Positions 11,330 through 23,889 of a stretch of 64,000 bases of DNA are shown piece by piece (positions within the stretch are counted from its first letter, which is position 1; every line of letters starts with the position of its first letter). The position numbers and the translations under genes are program-made. The DNA comes from Octopus bimaculoides (lineage: Eukaryota), in the NCBI RefSeq assembly GCF_001194135.2, contig NC_068994.1, forward strand, positions 54,237,157 through 54,301,156. Direction: 5' to 3'. Below the pieces are notes generated by a model, which worked only from the letters and a program-made list of their open reading frames with translations, was not told the origin of the DNA and did no database searches.

Positions 11330-12290
11330 CCCCAGATAGAACAAAAATTACTTAAATACTTAGAAACATAGCCAGGTGTGCCATTAATTACAGGTACAAA
11401 TTTAAGCGTATAATCTGGGTAAGTAAGTAAGTTATATTTTTCAGTTTTGCATAAATGTTCCAGACAACTATGTCAGACATTTTGAACCGTACTTAAGAAT
11501 TCTCATAATATACCAAACAATACTCACTACGTATTAACCTTTTAGCATTTAAACCACTCACATTCAACCCAAATATTCTAGCTGTTTTATGTTGAAACTG
11601 GCCAGATCTGGCTTATCGCACCAACCCCTATTCTTTCCTACTCTAGGCACAAGGCCCAAGACTTTTGAGGGAGGGGGGGGGGCAGTCAATTAGATTGATC
11701 CCCAGTACACAACTGGTACTTAATTTATCAANNNNNNNNNNATCCCCAGTACACAACTGGTACTTAATTTATCAACCCCAAAAGGATGAAAAGCAAAGTC
11801 AACCTCGGTGGAATTTGAACTCAGTACGTAAGGCCACATGAAATACTGCTAAGCATTTCGCCCGGCATGCTAACGTTTCTGCCAGTTCGCCGCCTTCGCA
11901 AGGGCCCCTATTAATAAACTAATCCTTTGAGAGTAAGGTGAAACGTTTGGCCAATTCCATTGTTTGTTCATTTAAGTGGATTTTGATGGTTTTAATGTTA
12001 GGCAGAGACTGAAAGAGATAATACAGACAGCATAATCGATGTCCACAGAAGTCGATTACAGAGTCTCAACAATAAAGATATTGGTGATTGGATTGCCGTT
12101 GACAATGGTATTAAATTAACCTGAAATTCTTCAGATCAGATTATTGACAGTGAGGTTAATCCTGAAGATCAAGATGCAGTGGTTTGTCTTGATGACAATG
12201 ATGATAAAAACAAAATAACTGCAAAGGAGGAGTCTTGGACTAAAGCAGCAAACATTTATAAAGATTATTCTTTGTAATATTGGAAAGAAT
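11330..12290 (+). mobile_element. Possible very old pogo/Tigger transposase remnants interrupted by younger insertions
   Basis: Fragments resemble the CENP-B-type HTH (MFQTTMSDILNR) and an acidic pogo C-terminus (DWIAVDNGIKL..SDQIIDSEVNPEDQD); many stops. Assignment is inference. Confidence 0.35.
11645..11897 (-). mobile_element. Family B SINE
   Basis: CTGGTACTTAATTTATCAACCCCAAAAGGATGAAAAGC...GGAATTTGAACTC...GCCAGTTCGCCGCCTT. Confidence 0.75.
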
Positions 12291-12899
12291 TCAAATTCCT
12301 ATCAGCAACAAAACAATTTAAGCATAAGTTCCTTTATCTTTTAGACTGTGGCCATGTTAGGGTACTGTCTTGAAGCATTTTAGTCGATTTTAATTCATTC
12401 AGCAAAAAATTCTTCAAGGCACTGCCCCAGAATGGCCACAGTCTAAAGATTAAAACAAGTAAAGGATAAAAAATAAAAGATAAAAGAAAGAATTCAAGCA
12501 AATAAAATAAATCAATTCCAAACTTTAAACACCATGAGCAACGATGGAAATAAGTGCTTAGTTATTGGTAAACCACCCAATCCTGTACCCGACCATCCGT
12601 ATCACACACCCTACTACCAACATTGGACTTCATCTGCCACCAATGTTGCACGGTATGATTAACATCACGGCCACCCACCCTGTCCACCACTGACATTGCA
12701 TTCGACCACCTACGTCACCCCCCACCCCCACCCCCACTCCATTACCAGCATTGCACAGCACCAGCCCCAGTCCCCACTCTTTCTCCCCCAGCCCCAGTCC
12801 CAGAAATTAGTCTCCACTCGAACGATAACAACATTTCACAAACCTCAATGAGTGAAGTGTATCGCTTCACACTTGACTTTTCCTTCATGAGAAGATTTA

Positions 12900-13135
12900 A
12901 ATGACGATGATGACGACGATGATGACAATGACAACAACGATAATGATGATGGTGAGGACGACGTCGATGACAGCGATGATGACAGTGATGATGTCAATGA
13001 TGATGATGATTATGATACTGATGACAATGATGATGATGATGGTGATGGCAATAATGATGATGATGATGATGCTTGTGATGACGATGATGACGCCAACAAC
13101 GATACACACGATGGCAGTGACAATAACGATGACAT
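12900..13135. repeat. (GAT/GAC)n trinucleotide array
   Basis: Directly visible. Confidence 0.9.
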
Positions 13136-13677
13136 GATAATAAGCAGCTCTTTGATGTTAATCAACCAATTCTGACAGTTGCTTTGCCCTTTCTAGAAAG
13201 TCAGATAACAGATCATCTTAACATTCTCAAGGACTTTGATAGCAGCACTGGTGGTGGTGGTGGTGGCGGCTGTGGCTGTAGTGGTGGTGGCAGTTGTGGT
13301 AATGAAGGTGGGGAAGAAACACCAAGGAAACAAGCACACACAAACACACAGAGAAATAATACAACACAACTACATGATACTCAGTCTAGTCCCAGAGCAA
13401 GAGCAGAGATTATCATTGCTCTTCGTTGGAACCAACTGACCCTTAAAGTTAATCAAGATGTAAATATTCAGATGGAATAACGAGTTTCTTTAATTTGCTC
13501 TTCAAGTCAAATTCTCTGTATATTCGTTATATCTATCTCTTACTCGCTAACGATTAATATTTATTAACCACTCAGATATACACTTAATCTGTCCACTGAA
13601 AATTTCTGAACTGCAGAGAGCAGTTTTATATGGCAATCTATTGTTGTTAGTTGTGGAAAGTCTTCTAATGCATGTTT

Positions 13678-13786
<109 letters not shown>

Positions 13787-14315
13787 AGATTGTGTTGCAA
13801 GTCTCAGCATGAATAAACAAATATATAACTAAATAAATAAAGAAATAAACAAAAGAATACTTATTAAAAATTTACTTAATAACATACAACTAAGTTAATT
13901 AAATAACGAGTCTGACCTTAATCTAATTATGTCTCTGTAATGTAATATGGACATATTTATGGCCTCGTAATCTTTCGCTCATATGGAAAAAAGGGTTGTT
14001 TGCATAAAAGTGCCATAAAATATAGTTAGAGACTAACTTATGATCTTTTATATTCAACTGGTGGAATATCTTGAATCTGACTATTGTTAACTTTATGGTC
14101 TTCCATATTTAACTAGTGACACAGAATATCTTGAATCTAACTAGTGGTGATTTTATGGTCGTCCATATTCGATTGGTGACAGAAAATACTTTGACCCCAA
14201 CTATTTGGCACTTTGGAGACTCCCTTTGGTCACGAATGACCATGGGAGATTGCCCCTAGAAAGTTACCCTCCAAGGCACAAGTCTGGGCAAGGTTGTTTA
14301 TGGAAGACTAGCAGT

Positions 14316-14351
14316 CTCCTATGCATACCGGCCTCCCGGTATGCATAGGAG
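14316..14351. repeat. Perfect 16-bp stem hairpin
   Basis: CTCCTATGCATACCGG-CCTC-CCGGTATGCATAGGAG. Confidence 0.95.
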
Positions 14352-14380
14352 TTATCCAAGGGAAAGGCAAGGGGGACCGA

Positions 14381-14655
14381 TACGTCCGTTTTCCATGCTA
14401 GCATGGGTTGGACGATTTGACTGAGGACTGGTGAAACCAGATGGCTATACCAGGCTCCAATCTGATTTGGCAGAGTTTCTACAGCTGGATGCCCTTCCTA
14501 ACGCCAACCACTCCGAGAGTGTACTGGGTGCTTTTATGTGCCACCGGCACGAGGGCCAGTCAGGCAGTACTAACAATGGCCACGCTCAAAATGGTGTATT
14601 TTACGTGCCACCTGCACAGGAGCCAGTCCAGCGGCACTGGCAACGATCAGGGCAC
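14381..14655 (-). mobile_element. Family C RTE-type 3' end
   Basis: GTCCGTTTTCCATGCTAGCATGGGTTGGACGATTTGACTGAGGACTGG...CTACAGCTGGATGCCCTTCCTAACGCC. Confidence 0.75.
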
Positions 14656-14712
14656 TAGCAAATTTGTAGTATAAGGGAGAGATAAATAGGTAGACAGATA
14701 TGAAGAAATAAT

Positions 14713-14761
<49 letters not shown>

Positions 14762-15136
14762 CAGCAGCAGCAGCAGTAGTAGTAGCAGAAGCAGCAGTAG
14801 TAAAGTCAACATGGAATTTAGATACATGTGCAAATGTTACCAGAACAATACAGTTATCTATGTGCTTCACTAGAAAGGGTTAAACTGCATGACAGTCACT
14901 GTGCCACCAAAGACACTTCGTCCCTTCAAATAAAATGTCAACTACAGAGGCAGAACCTGTCTGATGATCAAAGAGAACGATATGCAACACATTTTAAAGG
15001 TTATATTTAGTGACATTACGATAAGTCAATGTGTGTATACCTAACTCTTTCTCTCTCTCTATATATGTGTGTGTCAGTGTGTGCATGCAAATATATATCT
15101 AAAATTAAATGCATATATATGTATACATATATATGC

Positions 15137-15169
<33 letters not shown>

Positions 15170-15171
15170 GC

Positions 15172-15331
15172 TGCAGGAGTGGCTGTTAGGTAAGTAGCAT
15201 GCTCACCAACCACATGGATCCGGGTTCAGTCTCACAGTGTGGCGCTTGGGCAAGTGTTCTCTACTATAGCCTCAGGCCAATCAAAGCCTTGTGAGTGGAT
15301 TTGGTAGATGGAAACTGAAAGAAGCTCGTTG

Positions 15332-15363
<32 letters not shown>

Positions 15364-15454
15364 AGTGTGTGTGTTTGTGTGTCTGTGCTTGTCCTCCCAC
15401 CATCACTCGACAACTGATGGTGGCGTGTCAACGTACCCGTAATCTAGTGGTTTG
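15172..15454 (+). mobile_element. Family A SINE, 3' truncated
   Basis: GCAGGAGTGGCTG head, CTTGGGCAAGTG core, GAAACTGAAAGAAGC, (AT)/(GT) spacer, partial tail. Confidence 0.7.
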
Positions 15455-15477
15455 GGGTTAGGGTTAGGGTTAGGGTT
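15455..15477 (+). repeat. Short interstitial telomeric-type repeat (GGGTTA)3GGGTT
   Basis: Directly visible at the SINE truncation point. Confidence 0.7.
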
Positions 15478-16208
15478 TACATTTAATCAAGCAACCCTTG
15501 GCCTGATGAGTAGACTGCAGTAGACACCTTGCTTGGATATTTACCACTTCTGACGTTCCATTCGCTACAAATCATGCAGCCCAGATCTCATCTTTCCCAT
15601 TCCTTAACTCCTCGGCAACCCTGATCGCCTTCCGTGAAATATAAAAGGAATTCTTTTCAGCTTATTGTAATTTGATACAAAAAAATCCATGTCAATAAAC
15701 CATAATGTTTCTGAAAGTTGTTTTTTCTTTTTTTATATTTATAATAGATTGTTTGAAGCTAACTTTCTTCCTACACCTTGATCCTTAAATCTTATATTTA
15801 TGTGTGTGTGTATACATACATATATTTAGACATATACGTATAAGTACCAAATCCAATAAACCATAGATCTGACCCAGGATTTGGGCTCTTCTTTTACATA
15901 CATATTGAGCGAGAGAAAGAGAATTTTTAATGTGTGTGTGTGTGTGTTTTGTTTTTGCTGTTGTCTCCTTCTCTCCATGTTGTATGCAAACTTATGTGTG
16001 GAAACTTGTCAAAGTCGAGTCAAGTCAAGTTTTACCAGCAGTCATAAACCATACTAATTATAGTTATAATGAGTTAACGCTGGATGATTAAAGGTTGAAG
16101 AGTTGAGGATTGGAAACGAGGTAATACGTCTTGGACTTGTAGTACACTGTTGTTGTTGCTGTCGTTTTTAATATTGTTATTAATATTACCATTATTATTA
16201 TTATTGTT

Positions 16209-16406
16209 CAGTAGTTTTATTTTTATAACGTGCTTTCACTTCACTACCGAGCGCAGCTCTGTGCGCCTTCGGTATGTGCTGTGGTTTGCTGTGGTGCTCT
16301 TATGTTTACTGTATTGAAAGTGTTTTGCGTAGAATGTGTGCAGTACCCAGTAGTGCAATTTTCTGTATGTTACATATATTTGTAAGTCCTGGTGTTTTTG
16401 TTATGT

Positions 16407-16410
<4 letters not shown>
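16209..16410 (-). mobile_element. 5'-truncated RLE-type (Dong/R4-like) non-LTR retrotransposon 3' end within (TAA)n
   Basis: Encodes KYITKTPGLTNICNIQKIALLGTAHILRKTLSIQ*; 2 differences in about 200 bp versus the 40.8-kb copy; TAA repeats on both sides. Confidence 0.8.
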
Positions 16411-16440
<30 letters not shown>

Positions 16441-16814
16441 TGTTATTGTTATTATTATTATGGTTGTTGTTGTTATTGTTGTGTTACACAAAATATCACA
16501 AATATCAACTGCTTTGGCAGAAACAATTTAAAATTTCCTAAAGAAATTTCTCAACAACACGTAAAACTATTTCAGTTCATGCAGACATTGTACATATGTA
16601 TGTAATAGGTGCACGTGTTCATGTGCGATAAGAAGGTTGCTTCCCAACCGCATGGTTCCGGGTTCAGTCCCACCATGCAGCACATTGTGCAAGTGTTTTC
16701 AACTTACGCCCTGGGCTGACCAAAGCCTTCTGAGAGGATATGGTAGATGGAGACTGAAAGAAGCCTGTCTCAACTTGACTAGCTATATTTAATAAAAAAA
16801 AAAAAATTAATTAA

Positions 16815-17030
16815 CTAAGTTTTAACATCATCTCCTTTGAAATAATCACCTTGCCTAGCAATACACCAGTCCTAGCATTCCTGCCACTTTTGATATCCGG
16901 TCTGGAAGTCGTTTTCCATAAGCGTGTCAAAGACCTTCTAGAATTTGCTCTGGATCTCAATAACAGTGTTAAAATGGCAACCTTTGAGCTGCATTTTCAT
17001 CTTGGGTAAGAGATGGAAGTTCACAGGTGC
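16815..17030 (-). mobile_element. Mariner transposase C-terminal remnant
   Basis: Reverse strand reads approximately NDFQTGYQKWQEC..CIARQGDYFKGDD, typical of mariner C-termini. Confidence 0.7.
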
Positions 17031-17489
17031 TAAATTGCTGTAAGCCCTCTGGAGAACAATGGGTTAATTAGCATGGTATGGAAGAAGCTCCAGCACAATC
17101 CCGCACTGCCTTGTGAGTGCCTTGGGAAAGGAAAAGGCTTACGGAGTCAACCTCAACTGCAGATCAAGGAGTTGAGACCCTCAGGCGGTCTGGTGCCCTT
17201 TTTTGATACCCTTCCTGGCAACTCCAGAGTAGTTGAAGCTCTCCAGCCCTGGAAAGGGATCCACCTTGGACAAGGCCATTACAATGTAAAACCTACAGCT
17301 TGCTGGTCACTGCAGCTGTTTTAGCCAACCGAACCACTGTGGTCAGACCTCCAAGTCTAAAGAGTAGGATCAGATTGTGTGGGCTGAGGCAGGAAGAAAA
17401 AGCCCTGCAGGGTCAGGGATCAGTTTACATGACCAACTGAGGACATGCTGCTCTTCCTCATCATCTTCAGACACAAAGAAACTGCCATC

Positions 17490-17880
17490 ATTTTTGCCAG
17501 AATTTTGTGGGGAGGGGGCCAGTCAATTAGATCGACCCCCCAGTATGCAACTGGCACTTAATTTATTGACCCTGAAAGGCAAAGTTGACCATAGGGGCAG
17601 ACGAAATATCACTAAGCATTTCGCCCAGCTTGCCACCTTAATCACATTGAATAATATTTATACAGTAATTATGGTAGCAAACTGGCAGAATCGTTAGCAC
17701 GCCGGGCAAAACACTCGACCACATTTTATCCATCTTTACATACTGAGTTCAAATTCTGTCAAGGCCAAATCCTTTCAGAGACAAAAAAAAATAAGTACCA
17801 TTTGAACACCGGGGTCAATGAAATTGACTTATGTCCTCCCTTGAATTTTTTAGCCCTGTACTGAAATTTGAAACCGGTAT
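17490..17880. mobile_element. Two family B SINEs head-to-head (17490-17640 minus, 17675-17880 plus)
   Basis: Both carry family B head and core motifs, in opposite orientation. Confidence 0.65.
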
Positions 17881-18351
17881 TTATTTAGTAATTAAATTTA
17901 TACAGTCATTAAGTAATTCATTTTGTATGCTTTTTAATTTCTATACACATAAGATATAATAACATTTATTTTTTCTCTCTTTATTATAATAATGACTGCA
18001 AGAGGAGAAGATAATTGTTTGGTCATGTGCTTTTAAAAGAGAATAAAAAGATATTATTGTCAAATAAACTGTTATTAATTTAGCTTCTTTTTTTTTTTGT
18101 TTATTCACTGCAAAAAGAAAAAAAAAAGAACATGACGTAAATGAGACATAAAAGTTTTACTGTGACAGACCGGTGATAGCGCAAACAAAATCCGAAAATA
18201 TGAAAATATTTAAAGAATGATTGTTGTGATAAAATAAAAGAAGACAAGAACGTCAAACTGGATATGATAATGATTTTCTAAATTAAAAATGCTTTAACAT
18301 TAATTAATGTTTTCTATGGTACATGCTTACACACACACACACCATACCACA

Positions 18352-18354
<3 letters not shown>

Positions 18355-18445
<91 letters not shown>
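18355..18445. repeat. (AT)n microsatellite
   Basis: Directly visible; a longer (AT)n tract lies at about 38185-38291. Confidence 0.95.
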
Positions 18446-18449
<4 letters not shown>

Positions 18450-19289
18450 CTGAAATGTATATCACACCTGATGATCATGATGGTGGTGTTTGTTGTTGTC
18501 ATGGTAATAACGATGACAATGATGATGATGACAGCAGTGATGACTAAATAATGACGACGATGATGATGGTGGTGGTGGTGATGGTGTTGTTTGTTGTCCT
18601 CGTGGTAGTGATGATGATGATGATGACGATGATGACAGCAATGACAACGATCAAAATAATGATGACACTGATGGCGATGGTGGTGGTGATGATGACAATG
18701 ACATTGATTAAAATGGTGATGACAACGTTGGTGCTGGTGCTGATGACAATGACAATGATGAGGATGAGGTTGTTGACAGCGAAGATGATTATCATGATGA
18801 TGATGATGACAAGGCAGACAAAGAAGGGACTGCTGTGGCAGAGTTGTCAGAATGTAGGACAAAGACAAAATAACTTCCAGCATTTTGTTACAATTTCCTT
18901 TGCTCTCAGAGTTCAAATCCGATCAAGGGCAACTTAGCCCCTAATAACATTTTTGGCAAACTGGTGGGGGGAAGCGTTGATAAAATATTATAATAGTTTA
19001 GGGTTGTGGATCAACAGAACTGCAAGAACTTTGGTTTGGATTGTTTGCAGTGTTTGTTCTGGATCTTTGCAGTTTGAGTTCAAATTCTACCATGGCCCCT
19101 GTATGCATCACCAAACCCGTACATATGGGGTGTTCAGGCTAAATCTTACAGTTTGCATAAATGGAGAAGGAAACACGATATATCACATCCAAAAATAAAA
19201 TTATATTTAAAAATCAAGAAATATCCACAAAAGAGCAGTGATTTTCAAAGTAGGTGGCAGGGGGGGGGGGGCATACAGAGGGGACAAAC

Positions 19290-19452
19290 AAGGACAGACA
19301 AAGGGATTAAGTCGATTACATCAACCCCAGTGCATAACTGGTACTTAATTTATCGACACTGAAAGGATGAAAAGCAAATTCGACCTCAGCGGAATTTGAA
19401 CTCAGAACATAAAGACAGACGAAATGCCGCTAAGCATTTTGCCAGTTTCGCC
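19290..19452 (-). mobile_element. Family B SINE
   Basis: CTGGTACTTAATTTATCGAC...GAAAGGATGAAAAGC...GGAATTTGAACTCAGAAC. Confidence 0.75.
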
Positions 19453-21069
19453 ACTTTTGCGGCCGTCAATATATGAAGGGACAAATTTAGAGTGGAAGCG
19501 ACTCGTTTTTAATATTGTGGTGAGACTAGAAACCACAACCTGCCCCCACAAGGTCACAGTGAAACTTAAGAGAAAAAAAAAAAAAAACGAAATCGTAAGT
19601 AGGCCCAAATTTTCAAGGGAACCGACCTGTATCTAGTATCATGGTCGGGATTTGAAACCCCACCCTATCCAACCACAGTAAATATAAATTATTTCTCATA
19701 TAAGCACAAATTTGCAGCGGAAAAATCCTACCCGACCACTATAAATAGAGCAGTCTTAGAAAATTGTTTCCTATTAACATCCGTCTTACGAGATGGATGT
19801 AATTTCCGATCGGCGGACTTTCGGAAACTCTACCACTACCCCATGGAAAAGAAAAAAGGACAAAGAATCAGGGGATTGTTCCCTTCTGTGAAGAAATTTT
19901 GTGTCCAAAATATTTAACTTTTTACAAATTCTTAAATTCAGTGCCTTTACCCTGTCAACTATTACCAAGTATACACGTCCCACGAGATGGGTGTAACAGT
20001 AATATTAATAGTAATAGGCGGGATTTAAGAATTTGGAATGATGAAACTGAATATATTTTCTAAAGACATTAGATCTGACGCAGCAGCCCAAATCTTTTTC
20101 TTTCATTCATTTTATTCCTACATACCCCAACCCCATCGTCTTCTTAACATCAACTCAGTAAACGAGGCGCAGGAGTAATGGGTTCGACTTGCTTAAATAG
20201 AAATTTTAAGATGTTTTATCCATTAATCTATAACTGTAGAGAATATAATTTACAAAAGTATATGGCCGATTAATAGCAAAAGCGGATTGAAAGAAAAATA
20301 AGGCATTTGAAGAAAGAGAAAAATAAAAGGTATACCCGACCCCACAAATATGCACTTCTGCAAGGAATTGGGATATCCCAATCTAAAACGAAAATGTGAC
20401 ATTACCGCAGATGATGTTGATGCTGAGCAGCTGGAAGTTAAACAGTGCGAACATTATTTGGTCCTTGGTTGGGACAGGGAGTCAATGACGACAAAATCTT
20501 CGAAGTCGGCGACCCAACTCCGCCGAACGTCTTCGAATGTGACGGATTGAAACATGTATGAATTCTACAGCCAAACCTCCATACTCTAACTATCTTGAAA
20601 AATAAGTGGATGCTTATCGGATAGTCTCAGATATATTGTATGAGAAAAAAAGAAAAAAAAAAGAAAAAAGACGAGATGATCACGGAAGGAACGTTTTTTT
20701 TATCATAGGACAACTCGGTCAGAACTGATATGGCCTTAAAACAGCAGGTATATAAGCCAAGAAAACTGTGCCGCTACGGTTGCGAGAGGATGGTTGATGT
20801 TCCAAACAAAACTGGGTTTCGGCGCACCTAAAACATCTCTTAATTTTCACAAGGTTAAATTGCAAATACAGGAATAAAAGTTTCCAAGTCTTTCATTAAT
20901 ATAACTGAGTGAGAGGGAGAGAGAAAGAGAGACAAACAGAGAGAGAGACTGTCTCCATATATCTTGTTAAAAGCACTAAATGGAAGCCATGGATGATAAG
21001 AGAACTGCTGATCTCTTGTAGACACATAACGAATATTCTCTTCATACATCAAATAATTCTTTCAAATTT

Positions 21070-21262
21070 TGACACAAGACCAGCAATATTTGTGCGAGAA
21101 GAGACGTTGACTTCATTAATCCTACTACTTAACTGGTACTTATTTTATCGACCCTGAAAGGATGAAAGGCAAAGTCGATCATGGTGGAATTTGAACTCAG
21201 AACATAAAGAGTCGGAAGAAATGCCGCTACACATTCCGTCCAGCGTGCTAAAGAGCCGCCAG
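21070..21262 (-). mobile_element. Family B SINE
   Basis: CTGGTACTTATTTTATCGACCCTGAAAGGATGAAAGGCAAAGTCGA...GGAATTTGAACTCAGAAC. Confidence 0.7.
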
Positions 21263-21300
21263 ATCGAACAAACGAAGAGAAAAATTTTCAAAATCACATA

Positions 21301-21509
21301 CAGTGATCCTTCGCCATATCGCGGTTCACCTATCGCAGTTTATTATTTAAGCTTACGTCGATTCTTCCGTGGTGTTGTTTTGCATTTGTAATAAAATAAA
21401 TATATACAAATAATAAAAAATACAATACAGTACTGTTTCTACTTCGCGGATTTTCCCCTATCGTGGGCTGTTTTGGAATGTAAAACCCGCGATAGTCGAG
21501 GGATTACTG
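21301..21509. mobile_element. Tigger/pogo-type MITE
   Basis: TIRs CAGTGATCCTTCGCCATATCGCGG and CCGCGATAGTCGAGGGATTACTG, TA on both sides, 209 bp, non-coding. Confidence 0.85.
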
Positions 21510-23194
21510 TACATTAGTTTAACTAAAATATTCATTATGAGATAGGGGGGAAGGCGTATCTCCTTGAGTATGCTCCCCCACCACGATTTTATTTCCTCAT
21601 AACATTCAGAAAAATGGATATTTTTTCATGAAATTTTCTACAAATACCTTTCAAAATGGTACAGATTACAATTACATCGTAATTCAATTAAGTGGTAGGC
21701 GTGCACACGTACATAGTCACACATCTCTCTCTCACACACACACACACTTACAAAGTGAAACTTGAAATTTTGAAAAGTTGTGATGTATTTCAGTATGTAT
21801 GTGCCTACCATTGTTTTTCTTTTTTTTTTTCGCATTAAATTCTGCTATGACCATAATCTACATCACCCCAAAGATATCTGTAGAAAATTTCATTTAAAAA
21901 TATATATTTTTCTGAAAATTTTGAGGAAACAAAATCGAAGGAGGGGACACACTTGTGTTGGTAAACCTTTCCTTCAATTTAGATCTGCTGGTTTTCTTCA
22001 GCAATTTCTATACCAATCTTCTTCACAATATTATTTTTTTATTAACAATATTACGGTATCTTTTTGATGCCTTTGTACATGAAACATTTCCAAATTATGC
22101 GACACCCTTAAACAATGCGGTGCACTAACCGCGTGGCACATCCGGTTGAGTTGTCGATACCTTCAACTGGCTCTGCAAAAAGCCTTTCACACCTATTCTG
22201 TCTTTGAAAAAGGGAACTGACGTTTTATAGCGTAGTCCCAGATACATAAAATCTGCTAATTAGACAGGATAGTCAACCACAGGATTTTTTTTTAATCGGA
22301 GTTTTCTTTTTGATCACATCTGACCCAGACCAGGAAGCGAAGCAACAATTATATGTAACGTCCCAGATACATCTTATCCGTTAATGAGACAAGACGGTCA
22401 TGGGAGGATTTTTTTCCTTTGTTTAATCAGTGTTTTCTTTATGATCAGGGCTGACCTGAACCGGAAAGCGAAGTAACAACCACATGTAATATTAAGCCCT
22501 CCTCGAACTAACAAGTGTTGTGGCTTGTCCTGAACGAAATAGCAGCCAAATATTTCTTATATCAAACCCTCACTGGGAACAGCGCATTGGTTAATGTAAT
22601 CCTAGATTTACTATGCCAGATAAATAAAAGGAAAAAGAAAACAGGATGAGCGTTAAGGCTGGGATGTATATGCTCATGGGTCTTGATTTGGGGGCCGAAC
22701 AAACGACAACGAGATCTCTATGTGGTCGATTAGCATATGAGAAACAGCAGCCAAATCTCTCAAACAAAAAGGAGCGATACCATTATGCAGTGCTATGTAT
22801 ACTGTCAGAGAAGGAAAAAATAAAACGGGGTGGGCGTCACGGCTGGAATGCATAAATCATAGTTCTTCTAAATTAAGATAAAGACCGGAGGGCCTAACAA
22901 CAACAACAACAACGTTAATATACTTCTTCCACGCTTTATCTAACAGGTTAATCTCTCTCTCTCTCTTTCTTTTTAATGGACATCTAAGGGTGGAGTGTCT
23001 ATGGTTTAAACAAATCAACACTGAATTTTTTCTTAATAAAATAAAAAAAATACTGTGAAGATAGATTTATTTAAGATTTACCTTCTTTCACTCAATTTTC
23101 CGATACTTAAGTAATTTCCTAATATAAACAACAATAATAACCGTCGGGTTTCTGGCTTATTTCTTTCGGCCTTTTACTTACTTAAGTCCGCTCC

Positions 23195-23242
23195 GTCACC
23201 AGGGCAACGGTGCTTAAGCTGCACGTGGGTTGCTATGGAAAC
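23195..23242. promoter_or_regulatory. Two RFX X-box motifs flanking an E-box; putative promoter
   Basis: GTCACC-AG-GGCAAC (23195-23208), CACGTG (23222-23227) and GTTGCT-AT-GGAAAC (23229-23242) in unique, locally CpG-rich DNA. Confidence 0.65.
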
Positions 23243-23360
23243 AGCTAACAATCCGCGAAACTTGTGTACGTTCGCTAAGTTTGTTAGAATTAGCAGTCAA
23301 ATTTTCATTGAATAATAATAAAGATTAACTACAACAATTAGGCGATCAACTACAACAATT

Positions 23361-23400
23361 ATGCACACTATCGACTTAAAAAACGAAAGACACAATATAG
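23361..23400 (+). CDS. Candidate first coding exon (MHTIDLKNERHNI, phase 1)
   Basis: ATG about 120 bp downstream of the X-boxes, open to the donor ATAG|GTATAT. No homology recognised. Confidence 0.25.
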
Positions 23401-23889
23401 GTATATGTTTGTGTGTGTTATATAATATCGATATAAAGTTTTAAGATACTATATATATATATACTGTGTGTGTGTGCGTGCGTGTGCGTGTGAATCGGCT
23501 GGAATGTTTCCTCTTTGATCTATAGCTCATATTCTATCAGGACCAACTACAAGTCAAACAAAAACTCTAGCACTAAATACTATGCGAATCAACGGAAGAA
23601 GACTATTTACGTGGTTGTTCAACATGCTAGAAATAGCAGTCCTCTTTCCAATAGAATCGGTCTGCTAGAGACAGCAACCAAATCTTTCTCAAATCGCAAC
23701 CCTGTTGTCTTAGAAACATTGGATAAAAGTAGGTTTGAACAAGCTGGGGGGGGGGGGCTAAAGAAAAATACGTAAATAATAAATAATAAATAAAGATTTT
23801 CGTGTTTGAAAGATCTTCCTATACACGAACACAGTTCATCATTGAATTGGTCCATTGGATGTCTATAACCAATGACGAGAATGTTCACA

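Noticed and set aside
11698-11775. 34-bp direct duplication across a 10-N gap
   Set aside because: Typical unmerged contig overlap, so an assembly artefact rather than a TSD.
15497-15530. CTGATGAG resembling a hammerhead core
   Set aside because: No stem II followed by GAAA, and no stem I partner. Other CTGATGA hits (about 6583, 48302, 56545) encode the SDE motif of transposases.
20454-20555. Minus-strand ORF starting MFQSVTFEDV, resembling a KRAB-A start
   Set aside because: Only 33 aa, lacks the following F..EEW motif, and there are no zinc fingers nearby; chance match.
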